From the NCBI RefSeq assembly GCF_009914755.1, contig NC_060931.1: a stretch of 64,000 nucleotides of DNA; one strand, 5' to 3'. The translations under genes were made by a program, and so were the position numbers. The DNA comes from the human T2T-CHM13v2.0 reference genome, Homo sapiens. Every line of letters starts with the position of its first letter. The first letter of the stretch is position 1. The notes beneath the pieces were generated by a model. That model was given only the letters and a program-made list of their open reading frames with translations. It was not told the origin of the DNA and made no database searches. This document shows, piece by piece, positions 41,296 through 52,790 of the stretch.

Positions 41296-42341
41296 CTTGT
41301 CTTACATTGCCCAAACCATCAATAAGTTCCTTTGATGTATTGCTTGTAATGCCTCATGTGACAGGTTTCTAGGCAAATCAAGGAAGCAGGGTTGAGTTGC
41401 ATATCTGGGTTGGCCTGGAGAAGAAAACAGCCATGAAAATTGAAGTATAAGTGAGATCAAGAGTTTGGCAGGCAGGAACTTAGAGCTAAGGTATGACTTT
41501 GTGAATGTAATCCTCCAGGAACTCACAGAAACCTGAGTTAGGGCTCAGAAACTCGAAGTCTAACATTTTATGAACATTTACAGACTTCTAAGATTGAGAT
41601 ATAAAAATCAAGAAGATGGTGACTCCAGTTTCGCTTCTCACATGACTTCACTGCTACTTAGGACCAACAATACTCACATATCTATTGCTATAGCAGGAAG
41701 TAGTTCCATACGATTCCAGACAAGTTTCTAAATACTAAGAAGCCTTAAAAAAATAAGTAGAGGGCAACATATTATATTTTTCTGTCCTCTTTTATTTCTA
41801 ATTTATAGAGTACTGAAGTTATTATATTGACCTCTGGTAACACTATAGAGTAGCATGATAAGGTAAAAATTAAACACTGTCTATAAAATATAAGGGACTA
41901 ATTACAGATCAAAGAGGAAAAAAGGGAGGCATAAATCCTTCAGGAAGCTGAATTATGTGTGTGAGTGTGTGTGCTGTGTGAGAAAAGGCCAAAAAGAGAA
42001 ATTTCCTATCTACATGCTGTAATCAGCTAGAAGATTCTTCAAAGGAATGTCAAATTGAATCAAATAATCCATGATCAAAGACAAGTCAGAAATCGAAACA
42101 GCAGCATTGACTCAGTTGACTCAGATAATAATATCTGTTCTTATAAGAGAACAGCTGAAGTGACTCGATGGTGAACTCATGCGGCTTTTTTTGTCTGGAT
42201 CTGGAGGATGCTTGTTGAAATTGCACCTCTCAACTTGACTTGACTCTTAACTGTGCCTCATATCAACTGTCTAGAAAAATCTCTTGCTAACTACGAGTCT
42301 ACCGTCTCTTATTGGACATATATGGAACTTCTGTAATATCT

Positions 42342-42838
42342 TGGTGACCAAGAAGGCCTTAATGTTCCCCTCAGCTTGACTAAACTTTAGACAGGTTTCT
42401 TCCTGACTATATACCCCCGACCTCCCTTTTCTTAGACCATTTTTCTTTAGAGAACTTGCAAATTGTAAATTCTTTTTTGCCCTTTTGAGATATAAATCTT
42501 CTATAACCCAGGAATGTCTTTTTTTCACAGACTTGGGATCCATCTTTCTGAAACGTAGTAAGAAAGGTAGGGCCCCAACTCTCAGTCTTGGTGGAAAGGT
42601 AGGAGCCTAACTTTCCTAAGTACCAATTAGCAAACCCAAATGGCTTAATTACACTGACAAAATTCACCCCTCCCACATCCTCCAGTAGTTTTCCACCAGC
42701 TCACCCTAGTGTTTAAAAATCCTCCTGCTTTTTGTTTCAGGGCACTTGAGTTCAATCTCCCTTATTGCAGTGATCTTGAATAAAGTCTTCCTTGCCCGTT
42801 TAATTGTAAACTCCACCCAGTGCAAATTTTCTTTGACA
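42342..42838 (+). mobile_element. ERV1 solo LTR (MER67/MER31/LTR54-like)
   Basis: TG...CA ends; cagcttgactaaactttagacaggtttcttcctgact; TATA-like tttaaaa; AATAAA at 42779; ends tttctttgaca. Confidence 0.8.
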
Positions 42839-43418
42839 ATGAACCAATCTTTTTTCTCATCTTTGTAAATCTTTTCATCTCCTGATACCAGGCAATACTT
42901 TCCAGTTACTTTTAAATAAGTAAAATGCTTTTCTTTCAAATATGAGATTTAGAATAAATGTGTCTAAAAATGGATGTTCATGACAGAGCTAGTGAAGGAT
43001 AGATGCAATTAAAGAAATGAAAAATCCACAGTGCAGAATATGAACATTTAGGTGATTGGATAACACCAAGGAATAATTCAGTGAAAAAACATTCTAAAAC
43101 GCTTACATTCTACCCTGAACAACACACACATGCATGCGGGTGTGTGCACACACACACACCCAGAAATCCCAGAAATACTAAGATCTTTTCAACCTAATGC
43201 TATACACACATACAAAATGCTTAAGGTTGAAAACTTGAAACATTTCTCTGCCAAGTGTAGAAATCTTCGTGTTATATGCTGTGAAATGCACAAAAATGTT
43301 TGTGAACACAGTAGGATTTCATCTATAGAATGCTAAGTGTTGATATTCTGGTAAGAAGCACTATTTGCATCAGTCGAGGTAATGGGAGCTAGTAGTTTAC
43401 CAAAAAAGGCATGATATT

Positions 43419-43775
<357 letters not shown>

Positions 43776-46048
43776 TCACTGTTGATCAGTGAAGCAAATG
43801 TTTAAGATCCAGAACTCTCAAGGTAAAACACAGCAAAAAAAAAATAACAAAACAATTCAAAACAAAACCAAAAAACCATGTAGGAACATCTTTGGTTTGT
43901 CAGTTTTTCTCTTCTAAGTAAAAAAGACAGTAACCTCTACATTTTGTTCATAAATACCTGATTGCATTTGATTTGTGCAGTTTTCTGCCTCACCATTGTT
44001 TTTCTGATGACAAAACCTAACCTGTAAATATAAAATGTATGGACCAATACCATCGAGCTTGTTTGGAAACAGTAGGTTCTCTAAGATTCTCCAGAGAAAA
44101 TCTTTCACTTCTTTTTCTTCTGTTAATAAGGGCAATTAGAAACATAATGGTCCGTTGTGACTGGAGGCTTTCTACTTAAACTCAGCAGCAGCAGAAAACA
44201 ATGTTTCTAGGTTCCTCTTCCAACAAAAATACTCTATTATCTACTTACTTCAGTCATTTTAAGTACATTCAGCTCAAATAATCTCTCACAAAATAGATTA
44301 TAATATATTGTCAATCTTAATTAACTAAAATTAGTTATTTAGTGTACAGATCTGATTTTTAAATCATTTGTTATTGGGGCTTGGGAAATGAATGCAGTGA
44401 AATTTAAAAAATGTATAATCAGATCTTGTGTTTTTATTCACACAATTTTTTAATAAAAGAAAAAATGGTCTGGAGACAATCAGGTTCATGAAAGTGGTCT
44501 AGTTAAATCATTCAGATTATACTAAAATTCTAGGCAATATTTGATGATGAGCAGCGTTAATTCTGAGACAAATTTAGCCTACTAATGACATCCGGGTCCA
44601 TCATGATATTTTTAGGTTGGAAGTGACATGTGACATCATTATCCACACATGATTGGGAGAAATATTTTTTGGTAGGACGGCTAACTTATTAGCAGTGAAT
44701 GTTTAAGTAGTTTTCTGGGCATTTCTGGTTCAGGGAAACAAGATTTAAGTTTATGTATATTATTTCCTATGACATCCTGCTGCTTAATATGATGTCAGTC
44801 AGTTCTGAGAACCTTATCTTTCTCGCTGTCATAGTCAAATGTAAACCAGGGCATAAGACTAGGGAAAGCCGATTTCCTTTCTCTGTGTATTTACCTCGTA
44901 AGTTCTTACATGACAATTCACATGTCAGCTTCTATCTAGAATGGTTTCTTATTTCCATTCCTTTGAAAAAAAAAATAAAATTTTCTAACTCTCAAGAGCC
45001 TTAGCTTTGTGAAACCCGAGGGTGCTTTTAGTCCCCTTCGCAAAAGAAACAAAATTCCTGGAGACTGAAAACACCACCAACAACCAAAAAAAAAAATCAG
45101 TACTTTTCGGGATGGATCTGTAGCATGAGGAAAACAAAATGGAAGGACAGAAGGATTCCCCAAGCAGTTGGGAATCATCAATACGCACCAGCAACCTTGA
45201 CCTTGCCACAGGTATTGAGGATTGCAATCTTTCAACCCCTAAGATGAAATCACTTAATATTTTAACTTGCATTTCTTTGGTAATGGCTTGGCTACACATT
45301 TTAAAATTACGTTTACTAGACATGTGAATTCTTCTCTCCCTCTGTCTCTCTCCCCCTCTCTCTCTCATTTTGTTGAACCAACTCTTGTGCCCTGTTAGTG
45401 CTCTGTTCTTTTTAGACAGTCTTTTTGTGTAAGTTCTTCTATGCTTTATTCCCGTTACATATATTCAGAAGTTTTGATAGTCTCTTATTTTTATCTTTTT
45501 AGATTTCTTGTTTCACTTTTCATTTGAGGAAGACTTTATCCATGTGCTTACAGTTCCTTCTCCTTCTTTTAATGGGTAAAATTTATTATAGAATACATCG
45601 ACAGCTGTTAGTAATTTATTTTAAATTTTATAGAATTTAAGATAAATAAGTATTTTCTCCTCTTTAAAAATGGAGACAATAATACCTACCACACAGGACT
45701 GAGGAAAGTATTTAAACACCTTGTAGGGTGTAAGTGGAGTATGAGTAAGCAGTTACAACATTCTATCCCTTTCTCCCTTCTTCCCTCCTTCCCAGATAAC
45801 AGGTTAGAAAATGGCTTTTTTTTTCAATGTGTTTCTACTTGTCTTGTTGAGTCCTAAGTCCTATTCAACCTCTAGAGTGCAGAGGTTCCCCTCTTCTATG
45901 CCTTTATCTTGCTCCCGATCCTAACAGAATTACTGCCTCTGCTCCCACGGCATGTTCTATTACAAAGATTCTCTTATATTAAAGTTATTTGTTTACATAC
46001 CTGTCTCCCATTACTATGTATTCCTTGAGAAGTCCAGCACTGTGCTTG

Positions 46049-46350
46049 ACACCTAGGCATATGTGTGTGTGCCCACCTGGGGTGTGTGTGTGTGTGTGTA
46101 TCCACCTGAGGTGTGTATGTGTGTCTGCCTACCTGGGGGGTGTGTGCGTGTGTGTCCACCTGGGATGTGTATGTGTGTGTGTCCACCTGGGGTGTGTGTG
46201 TATCCACCTAGGGTGTGTATGTGTGTGTGTCCACCTGGGGCGTATGTGTGTATCCACCTGGGGGGTGTGTGTGTGTGTGTCCACCTGGGGCATGTATGTT
46301 TCCACCTGGGGTATGCATGTGTGTGTGTCCACCTCGGGCGTGTGTGTGTG
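46049..46350. repeat. Compound minisatellite: CCACCTGGG core plus (TG)n spacer, 11 units plus 1 degenerate
   Basis: Cores at about 46073, 46102, 46129, 46156, 46183, 46204, 46231, 46254, 46281, 46302 and 46329; period 21-29 nt. Confidence 0.93.
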
Positions 46351-46887
46351 CATGCACACCCATACATGTGTCAGTCCCATTCTTTCCTCCAATTTATGCA
46401 TTTGGAATTTTCAACTAATATCATGCTATACAGTCTTATTCCCAATGGTGTTACGAAGTTTATGATAATATTAAGTATTTGCTGTTGCATTTCAGTAGTG
46501 GTTGGTTTCTTCCTAGGCTTTTAATGTGTGAAGCTGATGCCAGATAAATCTAAAAACACAGATTAAACTTATAAGTCAACCAACTAATTTTAATTCTTGC
46601 TCAAATTAAATAGCAAACTAGTCAATAATTACAAATGAATATTGTTAACTTCATGTATTAATAATTATTAAGCACATTAATAAATTTATTCTCCATATAC
46701 TTGGATAAGTATATTGGTATACACAACATATGAAAAATTTCATGCAAATACGTAATATATGAGAAAATACCATTAAAGGCAAGTTTTAAAAATATATTGG
46801 TATAAATTTAACATATTACTTATCAAATTTGATTTTCTTATTAAGTCTTTTTCTATGACATATTTGTTTTAAACAATCAAATTAACT

Positions 46888-48881
46888 TTTTTTTTTAAAT
46901 TATACTTCAAGTCCTGGGATACATGTGCACAACGTGCAGATTTGTTACATATGTATACACGTGCCGTGTTGGTGTGCTGCACCCATTAACTCGTCATTTA
47001 CATTAGGTATATCTCCTAATGCTGTCCCTCCTCCCTCCCCCCATCCCATGACAGGCCCCAGTGTGTGATGTTCCCCTTCCTGTGTCCAAGTGTTCTCATT
47101 GTTCAATTCACACCTATGAGTGAGAACATGCGGTGTTTGGTTTTCTGTCCTTGCGATACTTTGCTGAGAATGATGGTTTCCAGCTTCATCCATGTGCCTA
47201 CAAAGACATGAACTCATCCTTTGTTATGGCTGCATAGTATTCCATGGTGTATATGTGCCACATTTTCCTAATCTCGTCTATCATTGTTGGACATTTGGGT
47301 TGGTTCCAAGTCTTTGCTATTGTGAATAGTGCCGCAATAAACATACGTGTGCATGTGTCTTTATAGCAGCATGATTTATAACCCTTTGGGTATATACCCA
47401 GTAATTGGATGGCTGGGTCAAATGGTATTTCTAGGTCTAGATCCTTGAGGAATTGCCACACTGTCTTCCACAATGGTTGAACTAGTTTACAGTCCCACCA
47501 ACAGTGTAAAAGTGTTCCTATTTCTCCACATCCTCTGCAGCACTTGTTGTTTCCTGACTTTTTAATGATCGTCATTCTAACTGGTGTGAGATGGTATCTC
47601 ATTGTGGTTTTGATTTGCATTTCTCTGATGGCCAGTGATGATGAGCATTTTTTCATGTGTCTGTTGGCTACATAAATGTCTTCTTTTGAGAAGTGTCTGG
47701 GCAATCAGGCAGGAGAAAGAAATGAAGGGTATTTAATTAGGAAAAGAGGAAGTCAAATTGTCCCTGTTTGCAGATGACATGATTGTGTATTTAGAAAACC
47801 CCATCATCTTAGCCCAAAATCTCCTTAAGCTGATAAGCAACTTCAGCAAAGACTCAGGATACAAAATCAATGTGCAAAAATCACAAGCATTCCTATACAC
47901 CAATAACAGACAAACAGAGAGCCAAATCATTAGTGAATTCCCATTCACAATTGCTTCAAAGAGAATAAAATACCTAGGAATCCCACTTACAAGGATTCCT
48001 TGTAAGGACCTCTTCAAGGAGAACTGCAAACCACTCCTCAATGAAATAAAAGAGGACACAAACAAATAGAAGAACATTCCATGCTCATGGATAGGAAGAA
48101 TCAATATCGTGAAAATGGCCATAGTGCCCAAGGTAATTTATAGATTCAATGCCATCCCCATCAAGCTACCAATTACTTTCCTCACAGAATTGGAAAAAAC
48201 TACTTTAGAGTTCATATGGAAGCAAAAATGAGCCTGCATTGCCAAGTCAATCCTAAGCCAAAAGAACAAAGCTGGAGGCATCATGCTACCTGACTTCAAA
48301 CTATACTACAAGGCAACAGTAACCAAAACAGCATGGTACTGGTACCAAAACAGACATATAGACCAATGGAACAGAACAGAGCCCTCAGAAATAATACCAC
48401 ATATCTACAACCACCTGATCTTTGACAAACCTGACAAAAAGAAGAAATGGGGAAAGGATTCCCTATTTAATAAATGGTGCTGGGAAAACTGGCTAGCCAT
48501 ATATAGAAAGCTGAAACTGGATCTCTTCCTTATACCTTATACAAAAATTAATTCAAGATGGGTTAAAGACTTAAATGTTAGACCTGAAACCATAAAAATC
48601 CTAGAAGAATACCTAGGCAATACCATTCAGGACACAGGCACGGGCAAGGACTTCATGTCTAAAATACCTAAAGCAATGGCAACAAAAACCAAAATTGACA
48701 AATGGGATCTAATTAAACTAAAGAGCTTCTGCACAGCAAAAGAAACTACCATCAGAGTGAACAGGCAACCTACAGAATGGGAGAAAATTTTGCAATCTAT
48801 CCATCTGACAAAGGGCTAATATCCAGAACCTACAAAGAACTTAAACAATTTTACAAGAAAAAAATCAAACAACCCCATCAA
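46888..48881 (-). mobile_element. L1PA, 5'-truncated with 5' inversion (twin priming): 3' part on - (46888-47699), inverted ORF2 part on + (47700-48881)
   Basis: Poly(T), 3'UTR and ORF2 Cys-rich C-terminus on -; RT motif [14 protein letters not shown] and [19 protein letters not shown] on +; TSD atcaa(a/g)ttaact at 46876-46887 and 48877-48888. Confidence 0.95.
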
Positions 48882-51800
48882 GTTAACTCGTTAATGGTTT
48901 CTTCCTTTACTGAGGAACTGCAAACAATTGGGGTTCTTTGACTTCTAAGGAACTGCTTCCCACCAACAGCATTTTTTCCTAAAATTTTGGAGAATTTCAG
49001 GCAACAAATTTGCATCAGTTTTCTAGAGTGGAATATAGATTCAACTTTTTAATTTATGCAATCTTAGCTTCCTTTTAGGCTAACAAGCACTACTTACATA
49101 CTATTTCTGTCCTCAAATTTATGTTAGATACTTTCTGAGAAATCTCTGAAATAATTTCATTCTGAAAGAAAATTGTTTTTGGTTCTAACAGTCATTTCAG
49201 TGTGGATAAAATCAATGAGTTAGGCACAAACCTTAAAATAGTTATAAGCCAGATTTGAATGATAGTGTCCTGTCTTTTGACCACTTTCTCTATGAAATTA
49301 AGTAAGCTTCATTTGATTTTAAATATGCTTTATATTCAGAACTCACCCAAGAATATTTCAAAATATACAAGGTAATTCTAACTCAAAACTATGGAATTTT
49401 AGCTGACTCTCTTCAGCTTGTATACTACATGTGTCAAGAGCAGTTACGAAATACTAGAGATACCTAAGCAATTATAGAAAATCTTACAACATTACCTATT
49501 AGAGTTTAACCTTAAACATAAAACCTTTTTAGCTTTTTTAAACCAAAAATATTCTTATTTGGAGAAAACCACTATTCATCTTAATACACTTAAAATAATA
49601 GACGATGCCTTCACAAACTCATATTTTTACACATTTAAAAAATTCTTAATTGTGAATAAACCTTACACATGGACTTTTTTGCATTTCTATGTTTGACTTG
49701 CAAAAGTCTATTAAGCACAATAAATAGACAATTGTCTACAAAAAACAATAAGCCTTTTAAGTTAGTATCTGTACCATGTGCCTAGAAAATATACATTTTT
49801 GATAACAAATGTACTATAAAATGCAGAGAAATGGGGAGCTGGTGAATAATTTCATAAAACATCAGAATTTAGTTTACAATTGCCTTCAATCAGAGGACCA
49901 CAGAAAAAGTGCCTGTTTAGTTATTAGCTTATATGTAAAAGTTTGAAAAATAATTATATGTCTAAATGACCTTTGTTGAAAATGACTCGTCATCCTAGAG
50001 AGTCCAATGTATTAAAAAGACAGTAAATTATAGATATATTAATGAACAAGAAAAAAATTGAGACCCTCCAAATAAGCATTTTAATTCTCATTTACGAGCA
50101 AAACAGTCCATGACCTGTCCTCCGTCTTTTCCATGCCTCCAACTCTATTCTAACACAGATGGTAGTAACTTGCTTCAAATAAATAACAGTATTTAAATTT
50201 AACCTTTGTAACTAGGAGCTGTATTTCCGACCTTGCTTTGTAAGTTTGGTTGTGTTTGTAAACTTTAAACACTTATACAGGGCATGCATTTTTCCTTTAA
50301 AACATGGACAAAAATTAATCACATATTTTCCCCTTTGGACTAACAAAACATAGCACAGTAAAACAAATTGTGATAGAAAAAATATGATTTTAAATGGTTT
50401 CTGCCGGCTGATATTTAGTGATTTATGAGTTTCCTATGACATGAAAGATAGAATGTCATTTTCCTTGGAAATTTTGATATTAGCCACCTCATAGATTGCT
50501 ATAAGTCTGTATTATGATCAGTTAGCATTCCTTGCATTTCCTACATTATCTAAGCTAGGCTTTACAGTCAGCTACCATGATAGATTCATGTTATTATTCT
50601 CTCAGGAGAGCCATTTTACCACATGCCAAACACTTTACACAGCTGTAAACTTATTGTAGCTATGGTAAGGATAAAGCTGTGAGCTCTAACATAAACATCT
50701 GGAAGAGTGAAAGGGATGTTCAATGTCTATTGACATATAATACTACATAGCTTCCTAAATTCATGACCATGTTGTAATATTCATTGTCACTGTATAAGAT
50801 TATACACACCATAAACATTTTCTAAGTGTTTCCTTATTGTGCTGTAAATTCATGGACATGCAGCACAAAAAAAGCCCAAAAAATCCTCTTCTGAAGAAGC
50901 AGTGATAACATCCTAAATATTCAGATCCAGAAATATGTGTTTTATACATTGATTTTACAAACACACTTTCAGAAGCAATCATTAAGGTAAAAATAAGACT
51001 GTGAATATATTTTTGAAGTAAGTCTTCCACAAACTCAATGCAGGTGCAAATTCTTTGCTTATGAGAAAGGAAGGATCCGAAGTCATGCAGTCTTTCTCCT
51101 TTAGGGCCAAGTCAGATTTGGGTTCTGTTCACAGGATGCTCTACTCACTGAGTTCAGTTAAATATGCATCTGTCACAGGATAGCGTGCTTAGTGAAAACA
51201 GCTGATCGGTGTACATTTTTACCCTATGTTTAACTTTCCATTAGGTCCCTAGACTTTGAAAAATATCAAATAAAAAAAAAGTCACCTTTTGTTAAAAGGT
51301 GTTTTTTTATCTTCCCAAATCCAAGTTATGAATAAAAAGTTTTTGAAGCATTTTCTTTTATGGATCTCACAATATTACAGAATCCCCCTCATGTCATGAG
51401 GCTAATGGACTCAAAAAGGGAATGATGCTGATCTTCAAAAGCTTTCCAGTGGAGTTGAGTAACGAATTGGTCAAGTTACCAACAAATGGGTTTGGGGTTA
51501 ACAAGAAATTGATCTATCAAGCTGCTGCAGCTTCTTCTACTTTTTTTTTTTAAATTCCAACGTATTTACTCAATATTATTGGCTTTAACATCTTTGAAGA
51601 GGGATTTGCATATTGACAAAAATACAAGAAAAGTCCATTGCAGCCAACTGAAACAAGTAGGAAGTAAGTCAGGTCAGGGTGTCTCTTACTGAGGTGCCTT
51701 TATGTTAATTCTAATCACAGGAGCTTCAGGGCTCGTTTTCCTCCAGGATGCCAGAGATCATTTTTGTTACCAGACAGACCCCTCCTCGGAACCTTGTACT

Positions 51801-52009
51801 TTGTTGCAGGAAATAAGCCAAGAAGCATATTATTTATTGAAGCAGGGGAACCTGACATAGAAGGGATAGTCTAACTTTTCTGCCTTAAAATGCAGACCAT
51901 TCCAGATATTTCCAGGTAATTTGCAACTCCCTCCCTTCTATGCTTATCATCCAATTTCATACACATTTTCCCTGTCTTCTATTTCTTCTGTAAGAATATT
52001 ATATTTATT

Positions 52010-52195
52010 AAAAATATAAAAACAGTATATATTTATCATGTACAAATTGACACTCTGAACTACTGTGCCATTGTGGAGTGGCTAAATCGAGGTGGAATGG
52101 CTAAATCAGGCTAATTAACATATGCATATACTTCTCATTTTTTACGGTAAGAACAAAGATCTGTCAGCAATTTTTAAGAATAAAACACATTTATA
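52010..52195 (-). mobile_element. L1MA 3' end fragment
   Basis: gtggaatggctaaatcaggctaattaacatatgcat...tcagcaatttttaagaata. Confidence 0.6.
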
Positions 52196-52489
52196 CTTTA
52201 TCTGTTTCCAAGCAATTATAATATGTTGTAAGCTATCTACTCATTGGTTTCTCTCCTTCACTGTATAGTGAATTGGGGATGGGAGTGAGGGGCAAGGTCC
52301 ACAGCCTGCAGTTTATCTTTGATACCCAGTACCTGAGAAAAGGAGGGATGGAGAAAGGATGAAAATGGTGCTGGTTAATTAATTAAAGATCTCTTAGAGG
52401 CTTACTACAGTACCTACAGGGCACTGCTTCTTAAAAAGTGTAACCTTGGTCAATTAGTAAGCAGAGACCTGTAGGATCCAATTTGGCAG

Positions 52490-52790
52490 TCTAGCCACAT
52501 GTGGCTACTGGGCACTTGAAAGGTAGCTGGTTTAAATTGCGATGTGCTGAAAAGTAGAAAATACACATCAAATTTTGAAGATGGAAAGTAAAATACGTAA
52601 CGCAAAAATTTAAAAATAATTTTATGTTGATTATATATGATAATCTTTTTGAAATGAGTTAAATTAGATGTATTATTAAAATGCATTTCATGTTTCTTTT
52701 TACTTTTTCCATTGTAGCAACTAGAATAAATTTGAAATTACATACATAGTTGTAGCTAATGTTGTATTTCTACTGGATAATACTACTACA
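52490..52790. mobile_element. MER33-like hAT-Charlie element
   Basis: ctagccacatgtggctactgggcacttgaaa..gatgtgctg..aaatacaca..attttgaaga...atttctactggata. Confidence 0.75.

Noticed and set aside
45974-46524. Six overlapping Cys/Val- or His/Thr-rich ORFs; superficial CRISPR-like repeat-spacer look
   Set aside because: Artefacts of the TG-rich minisatellite; the core is only 9 nt, spacers are TG runs, and the DNA is eukaryotic.
47198-48819. RT-containing L1 ORF2 ORFs as an active element
   Set aside because: 5'-truncated, inverted, with stops; no ORF1, endonuclease or promoter.
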